Source: Auanema rhodensis (Eukaryota; Animalia; Nematoda). From it: a stretch of DNA of 64,000 nt. This document shows, in pieces, positions 14,973-30,000 of this stretch; the stretch's first letter is position 1; every line of letters begins with the position of its first letter. The notes beneath the pieces are model-generated. The model was not told the origin of the DNA, did no database searches, and saw nothing but the letters and a program-made list of their open reading frames with translations. Location: contig OZ059900.1 of the NCBI GenBank assembly GCA_964057225.1, positions 6,944,001 to 7,008,000 on the forward strand, written 5' to 3'. The position numbers and the translations under genes were made by a program.

Positions 14973-16083
14973 AATACCACAACTTCTCAAGTTATGCTGC
15001 ATGGTTTAGCATATAATACCTATATTTCTCGTCTCTTGCATTGCATTCAATATTTCGCAACGAACGTTTCAAATCACTAATTGAGTAGATTCCATCTCTG
15101 TAATTGTTTTTCATTTTAGTGGTTAATACTAATTCCACTAATAGATTAAAAACAATAATACAAGACTATGTTCTTTGATTGATATTCAATCTAATATAAC
15201 ATAAAAATTTTGAAAAATACAAAAAAAAATTGTAATTAGCAAAACATGAATGAAGGACCACATCAACAATAATTTGTTTATTAACACAAAATAAAGCAAC
15301 TATTACATTTCTCTGAAATGACAAGTTTTTCTCAGAAAACTCGAGAGCAAAAAGTAACAAATCATCACATAAAATCAATAATTGTTCCTTCCCCTACTCA
15401 TTATTTGTACTTTGTATAATTCTTTAGTATCTCTTGTTCTACTGAAAATAGATGCTTTTCTTTCTATTTCTATAATTATTTACGTTGTGTCCATGTTCTA
15501 AACTTCCACCACTTTCATCATATATGAATAAATTACCTATAAGTTATTTCATCTTTTATACCTAAATATTTATTTCTAATAATATTTTATATAATGTTCT
15601 CTTGTAGTATGCTTCCTTAATACTGAATGTATGTATCATGAATATTTTACAAATCTTTCGGCATTCTACAAGTAAAAACAGACTAAATTCTTTTTTTTTC
15701 CAATTATTGGTCTCATATGATTGTTAAATACATTCGCGATTCTAATTTTAATACTAACTAATAAACTTTGTAAACAATGAAATATGTTTTATTGTGAGAG
15801 GAATGAATTATTTCAACATTTCCTAATAGAATTAAACAAAAACTAAACCTCATCGCTGCATGAATTTCTTAAGATGAATGAATAAAGAAGTATATCCAGA
15901 TGAGTGGACCATACGTTTCAATCCAACTCAATGGACCACACATTGCTCAGATCACGAACAATCGAAGAGTTTTTCATCTTCTTTTCAAATGTTCGCTTTT
16001 ATTGCGTTTAGCCGCCTGGAAACTCCAGATGAAGGACCTGAACTGTGTGACTGTCATATGAGAATTTTGGAAATATCTCAGCA

Positions 16084-16669
16084 ATGATCAAGGTTTTCAA
16101 GTTCTTTTTAATGCTCATTTCTCTGTTTTTCAATCTTTTTCTTGATAAAATGTAATTATTCCAGATACTCAGTAGACAAATGCAAAGGTTTGAAACAGTG
16201 AAAGAATATCATTTCAAGAATCATAGCGATGATGTGATTGCCATGGTATGTTTTATCAAATAGTTAAATTATAATATCTATTTCGTTTTCCGGTGTCTTG
16301 TGATCGTTCACCATATGCAAGACTTCATAATATAATATTTCATAATGTTGAAACTATAGAAGATAAATCAATCAATATATATCGAATGGGTAAATTATAT
16401 TTAAATAATTATATTTTATAACTTTATCGATAGATTTCATTGGACGTTTATTGCCAGTCTATACAGATGATCAAGTTATTGCATGCATAAATGCTATGCC
16501 ACAAGAGGTTCTTGTAGTTTGCGTTTGTCGTGATTACGATGAGCAAGATAAAGAAAATGTATCACCAACAGTAAGTATTCCTAGAACGATTGCGAATTCA
16601 GCATACAATCGTTCATCAGTTTTGATGCAAAAAATGGAAAATTTTAATAAGTACAACATACCAATATGA
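16084..16669 (+). CDS. Small protein P1 with a PB1/ubiquitin-fold-like motif; paralog of 18138-18746; exons 16084-16092, 16165-16245, 16293-16389, 16434-16669
   Basis: Spliced product MIKILSRQMQRFETVKEYHF...VSCDRSPY...DFIGRLLPVYTDDQVIACINAMPQEVLVV...KENVSP. Exon 3 requires a non-canonical TTTTCCG acceptor. The start codon is inferred. Confidence 0.55.
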
Positions 16670-18137
16670 TATTCTAGTTGGTTTGATACATTTACATTTC
16701 ACAACTTGCTAATCTTCTTCAAGGTTTAAATTTTGTTTGTTTTTTTGTTGTTTTGGTTATTGTCTACTCTGTGTTTTTGTTTACGTTCTGTATAAAGGTC
16801 AACATGTTGGCATGTCTCTCGTCAGAAGAAACCTTGGAACATGTTCAATTAAAAATAAAACCACAGAATAAAAAAATTCAATTTCGAAGTAGATAAATGT
16901 TTCGGCTTATATCCAAGCTATCAGGTGCCTGGCACCAATGCACTATGTGATACTCACATGACTTTCACCGATACCCTTTCGCAAAAATAGAAATAGATGC
17001 ATAGCATTTTGCACGTATACAAATAAGTTATAGACACACAATTCAAAGGTTTATAGTCTATGAGCAAATGTAATAAACTGATCTTTCAAAAAAGCGAAAG
17101 GCTAAAGACTCAAATTTTAATAAGATATATGATATGATTTACAAGAGCTCAACGCTTTTCATAATGGAAATCGGAACTGAATAATGCTTTTAATCAAAAA
17201 TTAAGTCAAAATAATAAAATCTTCGAGAGGTATTGAAACGCTTGTCAATTACACAGATATAATAAATCTATTATAGACAAATAAAAATTTTCAATGATTC
17301 TGAATGCATCTGATGAAGTTCTGATAAATGATTTTTCAAAAATCAATATTCAATTACTTAAAATAATAAAACATTCCTGAGTTCACATGCAAAATGCCTT
17401 CACTGTCCTGTTCGGAAAAGAAATGATAAATCTTTTTACCCAATATTTTCTCAAAAACCTGTTGAGATTTTTTCATTTTTCACGTTATTCGCTTATTCAC
17501 TATTTGAATATTGTTTCACATTTATCATATGTATATTGTCATTTTCATGGTTGTATGTGAAATGTCACAAAATTATTTTTTCTAACCTTTTCAACACGAG
17601 AAAAATATGAAGAATGATGAAATTTTGATGTGCCTAAATTGTTTCACCTTTTCACCAAATCTACGCTCATAAATATAGATTTTATTAGTCATCGCAATAT
17701 TTCGATAATTATTTCCAATTATTTAGATTTCAATTAATATTTAAGCCTTTCCATTAATATCCTCAAATTCTATAGTAACCTATACCTACATAATCTGCTG
17801 TTCGAGGATAGCAGAAATGAAATGTTTGATGCTAATTCAATCTATTCATTTATATATATCAACGTTATCATGATGATTTATTTTCATTCTCTTTTTAACC
17901 CATGTGATATTCATATAAGCTGAATCTTCAATGTAAGATTTAACCCAAATGATGACGTATTCGTTTACTTTTTTACAATTTTCATTTGTTCTGAACTGTG
18001 AACGATGAACAATATATTTCCGAAAGGAAATAGTTTGCTTTTGTTCGTATTAATTATTTTCTTTATAACCTTTTCGCTTAGTATGTTTCACATCTAGTTT
18101 TACAGGGATTTTGATCATTCAACTACTTTTATAGAAC

Positions 18138-18746
18138 ATGGACATCTCCATCTTCCAAAATTTCAGATTTGACTTATCCGAACAATATTTGTTTGATGAC
18201 AAAAATTCTTTTCTGATGCGTGAGGTTTGTAGATATCTTTAGTTTTCTCTTTCAAATATTATTCATGCTCTTGATTGATTGAGTATATGTTAACTATAAA
18301 TATAAATATTAATTTGGCTTTTTGCCTTCTCTATGCTTTATCCATTTGGCTAATGCAGCTTAAGCTTAATCCTCTGTTAGTGAAATAAAATTATCTTGCA
18401 GGTTTATGCATCTGATAGGCCACTGAATTTTCTAATGGAAACACTTTATGATATATATTTCGATTCAGATCCATATACCTTATATCCATATAAATTTGGT
18501 ATGAAACACAAATAATTATTTCATTTAAGCTCACCTTTAGATAAAACAAAACGTCTATTACCATTAAAAAGCAATAATGATGTAAGAGCAGTAATTGAAC
18601 ATATGCCAGAAGAGCTACTTGTTGTTACAGCTATCGAAGAAGGTCCATTCGACAATTTAGAAAACATTTCACCTTTGTCTCATGTTCCTCGAACTGTTTA
18701 TTCGGATCCAAACCGTCATATCCGTGTTTTAAAGAATAAGAATTGA
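18138..18746 (+). CDS. Small protein P2 with a PB1/ubiquitin-fold-like motif; exons 18138-18224, 18402-18498, 18541-18746
   Basis: Canonical introns give MDISIFQNFRFDLSEQYLF...VYASDRPL...DKTKRLLPLKSNNDVRAVIEHMPEELLVV...ENISPLSHVPRT. AATAAA at ~18759. Confidence 0.7.
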
Positions 18747-19391
18747 TCTCTTTTATTGAATAAAAGCCAAATAAAATATCAAGTTTTCAATCTCATTTCA
18801 GAATTGTATGTAAATTTTTGTGATTGCTTGTCTTCTCCATGTTTGTAATTATTATTTTCTAGTGCTGTTGTATTCCTAATAAACAAAACAAAACACTCAA
18901 TCAGTTGACACAAAACTATGCCAGCTGTTTGTAACATGAAAGTAAAATATATTTTTTGATAAATGAAAACTATAAGCAGTGATAAAACAGCTGAGAAATG
19001 GCAAAATCGAGAGAGAGGGAGAGAAAGATATAATGAAAGAGAAAGAAATAAGGAGAGAAAGAAAGAAAGTTATTTCTAAACAGATATTATTAAGAAGATA
19101 AAAAATGAATTTAAAGAAATATTCTAGAAGTTAAAACTAGCAATGACTAGTAGCATCAGCTATGAAAAAAACAAGAGACTATTTCAATCTGAAATAAAAT
19201 ATCACCAAGTGATAAGACTGATAGCAATTATGCGAAATGCAAAACTTTCAGAAGTCGGAATACACAAAAAGTTTTCTCAATTTGAAGTAAAAAAAAAAGA
19301 TGACCATGACGTATATATATATAATATAGTATATTTATATATATATATAGCTTATAAAGATAAAATATGAAAAAAATTATAAATCTATAGC

Positions 19392-21594
19392 TTATAATCT
19401 ATTGTATAGACACCGGAAAGCATAGTACATAACAGGGACAACTAGTGACCATTGTGAGAATGTAGAAGTTGCATGATTCTGTCGTGAAGTCGGCCGATCT
19501 TCCCAGCCCTTAGTCATCATCTCACCAATATTATCCCATGTTCCATTATGATCATGATCAGGCTCAACTCCCAAAATATTCAAAAAACACTAAATAAGGT
19601 TTTTTCATTAAGGTTCGAGAAAGCTTCCAGTATGTAACATACTTGATATAAGTCAACCAATTCCAATGGTCCTCCTTTTTCATTAACTTTGAATGCTGTA
19701 ATAATAATTATTTAAAATTAATGCTGATTGTAATAAGTACCTGGTCCACGAGCAACAAATATTCCTTGCATATCTGTATATTCAGGCTCCCATCCACTAG
19801 CCATTTTTAGCTCTCGTTGATTTTCAGCGGGAGTGGGAATAGAAGACAATTCGCGCTGAAACGTCACAAATAATATAAATTAAGTAACTGTTTAGTTAAA
19901 AAATTACCGTAATAACGCTTGTTCCGGGTTTGGTAATAAGTACGACTCCACTCATGAATCGTGATTGTTTCCAGTGTAATTCTTCAGGGAGTTCAGACAT
20001 TTTGTAAACTTTTACCATTGGCACTTCATTATCATCATAATCTCCTGTAGGTGCCCATTGATCACAGACACGGAGTTCAAAATGAATCTAAACCTCAATG
20101 TGTATCACAAAAATACATTGTATAACATACTGGTCCTTCATCTTCTGGTTCAGTATAAATCATCATCATAGAGTGTGAGTTGACTACTTTCTTGATCTGA
20201 AAATGCATTAAAAATGTGCAAACTATTCATATGTAAGTATTAACCTTAGAGTAATCAGATAAGCATTCCTCAACATAGAATTGCTCTTCTTCTAGCATAG
20301 GAGCCATACCATGATCGGAATAAACAATAAGATTGGTAGTCTCCCAAAGATCAGCATCAGCAATATGCTTCTGTAAAATCATTTTTTATTATTTTTATAC
20401 TTATAAAATTCTCGTTAACCTGCAGTTCATGAAGATATAGATCAATTCGTGTTAAAGCTTGATCAGCTTCGTCAGAATTAACTCCATACATCTTTTGAGC
20501 ATGACTAAGCCCAGCAAAATGAACCAAGAACATCTAAAGTATTTTTATAATACAATCATTTTAAAAATGAAGTTATTTTTTTGTTTCTTCTGTTTGATTT
20601 TTAAAGCTTCAATCTTTGGACAACTAACACAAACGGAAGTGAACATTTTTGTTGTTCTTCTTTTTCAATGAAAGATGAAACTTCAACATTGCAATTGAAC
20701 CACAAACTGATGATAACAACGATACAACAGTAATTTGATTACAAACCTGTTGTCTGTATACTTCGTACTTCTTAATTCGATTAATCATTTCAGGGAAAAT
20801 TTCTGATAAGCGGTCAGATTGCGATGGATTGTTCACATCAATGACGCGCTTTGGTGGAACTTGTACTACAAGGTCTTGATGTGGTAACTAAAAGAATAAT
20901 TACTTTGAAACACAATATAAACGTCAACATTATTCAAAAGAAAGGATTAAAAATTCTGAGGACAGATTTAACGACACTTACATGACAATGTGCATACCAA
21001 TAGCAATGAATATCAACATTTTGTTTTCCAGCTGTGTACCAGAAAGGTGATGGTCTGCCTGACCACCAAGTAAAATATGAATCATTTGAAGCTAAACGAA
21101 TAAAGTTAAATGCTCAGTTTGGTTGAGTCTGTCGACAGTTGACAGATTAATTCAACTCACCAACACCCTGTTGAAAGTTTTCACCAGATTTAGCATCCCA
21201 TATATAATCAGCAACAATTCCATGATTTTCAGTGTACAAGCCTTAATATGGTTATTGATAGCTTTATAACTTAAACCGTTTTGATTATAAAACTGATACC
21301 TGTAGAAATACTGAGCCATGTTGGCCAATTTTGTGTGGGAAACACTGATTTCAAATGTTCGGCATGAGCTCCATTTTCAATAATTTCGCGAATTCCTTAA
21401 GAAGTTGTGATTAATGTTTTAAATTAGATTATTTTTTAACCTATAGTGGACTCTGCTTTTGAATTATTTAGAATACTGGCACCATAGCCATCAATTTGGA
21501 TAATAATAATATTCTGTCCAACGGGAAGACGAGCTTGTGTAGTATACCAGCATAACAGCGTTAATGCTGCAGTGAGCATCCAAGAACACGACAT
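19392..21594 (-). CDS. ENPP / type I phosphodiesterase (alkaline phosphatase superfamily) protein; signal peptide and hydrophobic C-terminus; probably catalytically impaired
   Basis: Multi-exon gene with motifs IQIDG, SVFPTQNWP, TGLYTENHGIVADYMWD, YSDHGM and MQGIFVARGP. Confidence 0.9.
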
Positions 21595-24500
21595 TGCCGT
21601 GATAATGGAGCTGAATCTAAAACTAAAAGATGAGAATAACCACTGAAACACATTGATAATAATAAAAAAGAAAGAATAAAAAAGAAGGCATGTTGAAATA
21701 TAAAATTATAAAAAATTACAACAAAGACAGCTATTGAGCGGAGTTAAAGACGTTTTGTGAGTGGGTAGTGAAATGAAAAGCATTTCATTGTTTCAAGCAC
21801 ATTATGCGGTTAACGTTGAGAACTCTGTGAATTGTGAAAAGAGCTCGGAAAAATCAATTAGATGAGTAATGGAATTCATAATATTCAAATAGAAAAACAA
21901 AACATTTTTATGATGTGTATGTATAACATGGTCATCTTCGAGAAGAAAGAACTGAAAAACATATAAAAGCAATTGATTATAAGATTTTTATAAATTAAGA
22001 GGCCTTGAGAGAATTAGAATAATCCTTTTACAAGGAATTCATTAGAAATATATGTAAATGTAAATTATATGCATATAGTTAAAAGAATTTAAAATAATAA
22101 ACAATGTAATATTGAACTCATAATTTTGAATATTCAAAACATGTTATTGTTATGATGAGTGCCGCTAGATGGTTGTATGTTGACCTGCCAAATCGGTGGT
22201 AATTGCTGTGAACAGTTACACGATCATCAAACGATTGGTACAAGGCCGCCAGATTTGAGATCTATTTAGAGGAACAATTCAATGAACCATATGCGTGAAA
22301 TGACAAAACAAATGAATTTGTATATGAGGTGAGAAGAGATGAACACGGGTAATAAAGTAATTAGCTAGATCTAACATGTATATAACTTTGAACACATAGT
22401 AAAGAACAATATTGCAAATTTAGAGCAAAACAATGAATTTGAGAGATATATAATGGGATTGTTGATTATTATCACCAATCACCTCTAAACTATATGTTCT
22501 GAAAAACGAAGAAGTGAATTGAAAAAATGCATCAAAATGAATTTGCAATAATAAAGTGTAATATCTGAATAATTGGAAGAAGATATCGAAATGAAGCAAT
22601 ATCAATTCAGATAACAATATTGCGTCTGGTCGGGCTGTAAATGAATTAGATGAGCTTGTTAGATATGTTGTACAACATATACTCTGTCAAGTTGTTGGTG
22701 GTCTATGTAATATCTTCTATGCTAATTTCTCTTATGTCATCTATCTTCAACTTTCTGTTCACAGCAATAATCTATTTTAAAATCTTCTTTTTCTATTACT
22801 CTTATACTTTATCTCTCTTGTCGTCTCATCTCTCTTTTTTCTCTCAATTCAAGCCTATCTCTCAACAGAATACGAAAGTTAAGATGATATGAGTGCAAGG
22901 ACAAAGTAGAAAATGAGAACTGCCATTGCGAACAGAAGCTATCAACATTGCAATGATGGCACACAAAAATTTATCTCATTTCTTTGATTCACGCTGTTGT
23001 CTACTATTCGACAGCCCTCCTCTCTTTGTCTTTCTGTCTCTCTATTCTGTTATATCTTCTTTATTCGTACTAGATCTCCAGCTATCTGTCACATATTGTC
23101 CGTATATATCTTAATCTTTCTAATTTTTGTTAAATTAAGCAAAAGATCTTCTATCATTCAGTCATTTTCAAAATCATTGTTTTAATAGAATCTTGAATCT
23201 CGCTTCTGCTATGTGTGACCAGAAAATTGCAGTAGTCTTTTACAACAGCAGGCATAGCTGAAGGGTATTGGTATAGAAAATAACTCAAGCTGAATACAAG
23301 ATGCAAATAAAAATAAAAGAAAACGATAAAAAGAAAAATATTGGAGAGGAAGAAAAAGATAAAAAAAGAAAATAAAGATAAAAAATAATGGAAACTTCGC
23401 GATTTGTGATCGGGAAAATAGCTATAGAACAAAATAGAGACAACAATCTGACAAGCAAAATATCTAAACGACAGTGAGATATTGGCACATAGGCATGTTG
23501 AGAATAAGCTAACTAAAACAGAGAAGATGAAAAAAAAGAAGAAAGAATTCAAAGCAATATATCTGAGCAAACGTTTTGTCTATTGATTCAAAGCTGCTGT
23601 TAAAGCATTTTTTGTGTCATTGTGCTCGAATCAAATTCTCCAGCAATTTTTTTCATGCAACATCATTAAGCATGATATATAGCATCCGTTTGGCATATCA
23701 CAAAGTGCTTCTTGATCTTCCCCTAACTTTATGCTCAAGTACTTAATTCTAGGAACACAAATCTCAAAAGTTGAAAAAAATTGCATTTCTCATGAAAAGA
23801 AAAACAGAAAGAGCACGAAATACAAGACTTTTAGTTTAAATTGTTCTAAGACAAGAAAAAACACGTGTAGGAGGATAAGAGTATAAAATTCTATAGTTGT
23901 TCTTTTAAAGTTTTAACTATGTAATTCTAGTCAAAATTCTCAGATTCTTTAACATCATACAGAAACCATATTGCATGTTATTAGCTAAGTATAAGAATGT
24001 TTAAATTAAAATTTAATTCAATTATTCACAGAAATCTTATGTTATTATTTAATTAAAATTAGAGCATATATGTATGTATATATACGTATAGTTATGAAGA
24101 ATATGTATTAATACACATAGTAGTACACTTATATAATACTCAAAGGAATGAGCACAATTACAAAGTTCAGTGAAAAAAAAGTTCAAAAGATATATGACAA
24201 CCTCGCAAAATAAACGATACTCGAGAAAAATGAGCTAGCTGGTGAATATCTCAAATCAAAGAGTAAAGTAAAAGTGTCAAGAAACCTTAGAATGTTATGA
24301 AAAAAGTTGATAGAAAATAATTCATTTGTGATATTTATAAAAGACAAAGTAGTTATATATATAAAGAAAGTGGACACACTCGTATAAAATAAAAACTACA
24401 AATCAGTAGTATGATGTGCGATGTAATGCCTAATTGCTATGTCAGTTCATTAGTATGACATATGTAATGAGATTATCAACAACAATGAATACAAGAAAAA

Positions 24501-27051
24501 AGTAATTGATTATACAATATGTGGCATGGTTGACAATCAACTCAATCCTGAGATGTTTCTTGTTAAATACCACTTTTTAAATGAACAATTTGAAATAATG
24601 CTTAGAGATTCTGCATAACAGATGTTTTTATCGTTTCGAATTGAAATATGAACGATTTTGCAATAAAATTCATATTATAAATGCGTAATTGGATTACAAA
24701 ATGAAGGAGGCGATTAGCTCTAGATAGGATTCACATCTACTTTGATTGATCTCTATAAAGTGCTGACAAAAGAGAACCACAATATGTGTAATATAATGCT
24801 TTTAATTTGAAATATCAAGTGAATATGAGGGAACAAATCGGTCATACATGAAAATGGAGTTAAAACGAACATCATCTACGTCTTCTTGCAGAATTCTTTA
24901 TCGTATCAAGGCAAATGATATGACAGCAATGAGAAGTTGAAGAAGATAACGAGAAAGATGAAGCACGAATTGTCTTCAGTGCTATGCATGTGTCACTATC
25001 TCTCAATTCAGATTTGAGTTGAGCAGAAGATAGCTGTGTAGGCATTCATAGTAGCAATTGCCACAATATCAGTAGCTATAGAATTGCAGGATATGCTATG
25101 TCGGCATGAAATGACTACGCAGCTGTAAAGCCTATCTTCTATTCATCCTTAAGGTTTCAAACAATATGATAAAGTACAGCATATGTTGAAGAGTATGCTT
25201 GAAGAGAAAGACAATATCGTGATAGAGAGATAAGGTATTATTGAAATATGCTCTAAGCAGTAAGATATAGGATCAGGTTCTAATACATTTCAAGAGATTA
25301 TGAGTGCAAAAGAGAGAGGAAAAGTGAGAAAATAAGGAAATCATAACATACAAATATAACAAATATTTACCTTCACCATATCATTTTGATTACAAACAGT
25401 TCTATCAATGTGATATTAGTTAAAATATTCTTACATAGTTATGATTACAAGGAGCTATATAAATAGTAAAATAAATAGAATCCTGCATATTAACAAGTCA
25501 ACAAAATATAAACTGACTACATTGATATCAAAAGGTCAAATATAATATATAATATATAATTTACACTTATATCTCGCGTTCTACCACAAGCCTAAGAGAA
25601 AAAAAAGAAGTTATAGTGAAAATGAAGTAACTTATTCAAGAACATATGTTAACAATGATTAGTTTATTTATTTACTACTTGTTCTTTCAGGAAAATAAAG
25701 AAAACGTAATAAAAAATAATTTTCTGTTATTATGATGACTGAAAACTAATCAATAGATCAAAATAATAATAATAAGGAGTATGCATTGAAAAGTATTAAA
25801 ACATAAAATAAACATTACAAATACTTTTTCATTAAATATGAGTCAGCTGTGCATAGATTTGTGGGAAGTTTGCCAAAAGATGATGTATTACAATACTACA
25901 GTTTGACACTCTTTTGCATAAACTGGACTGACTATTGTTATCTAGTACAACATACATAGTCAGAGATATCTTGAGAAAACAATTAACATTTTGAAAAAAA
26001 AGCTATAATTGCATTATATTTATTTATTTTTTTCGAAAGAAAAGCTGAGAAAATAAGCATAAAGAGCTAAAAAATTGCAAGAGAGTTGCGTAATCAACAA
26101 GAAAAAAATAAGATAGTTAGAGATAGAAAGAATAAAGAATGTTTGAAATGCCACCTGACAGCACATAAATCCTGAGAAGAAAATTCCTATTCGTTCATCG
26201 TATATTATCAGCAAAAACTCAAATTGTGTCTCAACCAAATCTCCAACGAACAAATCAGCAAAATCAGAATCGTTTTTAATCAATTATGGGTAAGTACTTG
26301 AATGCCCGAATCAAGTTGACATATTTAGATGTAACATACGAGGTAAAGAAAGAAGATCTTCTCTCAATTAAGTTTATGACAACTGCTCATTCTTCTTCGC
26401 TCAACGCCTGCTGCTGTTTTGGACGAAGAAAGATGGCTGTCATCAAAAAGAGTATACAATTGAGTAAAATTCTCAAATTAATGTATTTTGAAAACAAAAG
26501 TTATAATATTAGTTTGTGAATGACAATATATAATTACAAGTACTATACAAGAAAATAGATAATTTTAATAAAAAATTAATATTCTTAAAGAATAAAAAGA
26601 AGTAATTGATTTCATTTACATTATAACAAATTTTTGGTATTAAATTAAGAATTTAGCTTGATTTCAAATAATTGTTAATTAATTATAGCTAAATTTTGAA
26701 GAATATAGATTATAGAAAAAATTGAGAAATGAGAAAAAAAGACAGATATATGCACATATTAGATTAGAATAGCTTGTACTATTTACTATTTTAACAATTA
26801 GTTTAGTATAATATCATCTAATATAGAGATATACTTCTCATAATAAATAGATTAATCATATTTCTAAGTGTACAAGTAGACTACAAACTGAAACATAGTA
26901 TATGGAAAAGATAAGAATTTGAAATAGATTATACACCCGTTAAGTATTGAACAGTTTTAGTATACAACAGAAAATTAGCAGCAAAAAAGAAAAGTAGAAA
27001 ACTGGAGTTTCATGTCTCTTTCATCTTGTTTTTTTTTCTATTGATCTTGAT

Positions 27052-30000
27052 TTATATTGTCACTTCATCACTGTCCAACACATGTTTTCGACCATTGATA
27101 TCAACATACGACATGCTATGGAGATTTGAGAAATTCGATCCAGATATACGCGAATCAGTGTGTGGTAGGTCCCTACAACTGATACATATACGCAAATATT
27201 AAAAGTATATAAAATGTAAATAAAGTTTATTAAGTAAACTAACTGAGGTGTAAACCATGAAGCTCTTGATGATATTCGTCTTTGAATGTAACATATTGAA
27301 ACCAACATCACTACAAAGGATGATAGAACAGCCCAGCTAAGTATGCCATACTCTAAGTATGTCCAACAACACTTCTGAAACAAAATAAATTGAAAACATA
27401 TTCTGTATGTCAATTAATACTCCTCCACGTCCACATGCCTGACGTCTATCAGCTCCTACTTCAGTATCATTAATAGTCCGATCATCTAGACGCCAATCGC
27501 GAAGAACCACAAAATCTCCATCTGCTAAGAAAAATCATGCAAACATTCATGTCCTATACTCATAAATCTTTCAACAAACTTTTCTGTATAACTCGTTTAA
27601 TTAACTTTTCTTTCTGTGTGAAAGGCTTATCCCCATCAGATGAAGATTCATTTCCTCGCTAAAATTGAATTTATAAATTTTTGAAGACAAAAGGCATTTT
27701 GATTAAACACCGATTTTGATCTTAGAAATTAATATACAAATAATAGGGAAATAGTGACCGGTTTACCTCTTCAACTTCTTTTTCTGATTTGTTTTCCTGA
27801 CTTAAAAAAAATATTTAGAAAATAACCATAAACAAACACAAATCTGTCAAACCTTTTTGAAAGTGTTGGTGTTACTGCTTGTATTGTATCCGTGAGAAAA
27901 TGCAATGTAGCTGGTGATTTTGCTTTGTGTTTCATTGTTGGGGTATTTGTTGTTTTTGTCCTAAAAATGTTAAACTGCAACTGAATCAAACAATCATCAT
28001 GAATACATTCGGCTTGATGTAGTTGAATGTGAAGCTGTTGGTCGGGTTGATAAAGGAGTAGTGACAGCTTCTGTCATGGTTGTTGTTATGACTAATGGTC
28101 GTTCAGTCGTGAATACTGATTTCTTGTTTGGTATAGGAAATTCAAATTGATTTGAAAGGACGGCATTTGACGCTGATACTTCTTGTAAAAGTCTACTAGC
28201 ACTTTCAATTTCTTCAGCTTCTGATGAAATCTGTGATTAGCATAAATAAATTAGAAAAAAATGTAAAATATGAAACTACGATTTCTGGACTTAGCAATGA
28301 ATTGATTGAATGAGCTATTGCCGAATTCATTGCAATCATTTTGCCTGCTGTCGTGGTTGGACTGACTGAGGTGTTTTCAGGATCTCTGATATGAATATAT
28401 TAAAAAAACACTTATATTCACTGAATGATTAACCTATATGATATTGATTTCAAAAAATGAGTCATTGGATTTGGTATTGACATATTCTTGATTGAACGAT
28501 CCATATAAGTTGAAATGAAATAACCTAGAAGATAAATGTAAAAGAAAACATTATTTCTAGTAAAGAAAACATGTTATACATACGTGATTGTAATTGATCC
28601 ACATTTGTATATTGATTATGCAATACAGTAAGCCATTCACTACTTACTTTAATTTGATGATCAAAATTGTGATTTGATAAGCCTGAAATAACATTTATGT
28701 GAATATTTTAAACCATTATTAAGCGATTACCTGGAAGATAATTAGAATTTTCAATATGATTATTGTTGAGTTTTGCTTTTTCTTGCTCAATCAACTCTTC
28801 TTTGGAAAAAGAGCATTTTGGTGGCTGAACGTTTTATATTAAGTTGATTTAAAATCTCAAAACTCTTACAAACAGATGACTTCCACATAACCCATCACTT
28901 TTACATAAAAGTAATACACATTCAATTCGATATCTTGAACCAAAAAAATATTAATTCGATTTTAATTTCAACAATTATACTTCTCTCGACTCAATAATTT
29001 AAACATTTTAGCCCTCGAATATGCTTTGGTCATGAAGTTATTATAAACTAGTTCACCCATAAGTTCAGAATCAACGATACATCTAAATACAAATACAATA
29101 TGTAGAATAGGTTTGTTATTTAACACTAATTACCCATTTTCATCAATTAAATGAATTAGTTGACCACTTTCAGATACAGCATTACAAGAAGTAACATGCG
29201 TGGTTGTAAATCCAATTTCTTAAATATGTTATATTTTTATTTACTCCAGTACTGTTATATCGAAAGTTGTGTTATTTTATTTGAAAAATGGAAATGATAC
29301 CAGTTGAATTCATTGCGCATGTCCACTCATGCACTATCGAATCACCAATATGGAATATAGTTATGCCGGTTTGTCCATTCGCCAGTCGAACCACATGTGA
29401 ACAATCACTTGAAAGTAAATTTAAGAGAAAAATCAATATGACATTGAGTAATTGACATGAATTTGCTTCGATATCTTGATGAAATACAAAAGAAAGTGTA
29501 TTCTATACTAAATCTGAAAAGAAAACGTTCAAAAACATACTAATGCTCATTCTTGACTAGAGCACGCTCCGCATTTGTGTTATCAATGCATTTCAAAGAA
29601 AACACACGGCCACTATTAGTAGTTACTAGTGGATGAAAGCTTATTTCTACATTAGCTATTAGAACTCTTGTACCATTCTGAACAAAAACTTCATCATCGT
29701 AGTTTTTAATGCATTTGTGTATATTGAACAAGTTGTAATTGTACTGACCATCATGTATGTAATATCGGTACATGTGGGTATAGCTAAATGGAAGGTAGCA
29801 TTCTTATGGCTATTAGATGAAAAGTCTTGATTGCATTCCGGAATATACATCTTTTTAAGAACCTAAAGATTCAGCTTGCTTGAATTGTGACTTCAAAGGC
29901 AATTAGCTTCAGCCTGTTACCGAGATTCGTCCTTGAAATTGTATGTTTGATTCAAAATATAGCGACATGGCTTGAGAAGAACAACTTAATCTCGGAACAC

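Noticed and set aside
15878-16087. 69-aa ORF as the first coding exon of P1
   Set aside because: It stops before the donor at 16093. Comparison with P2 favours the ATG at 16084, leaving this as probable 5' UTR or outron.
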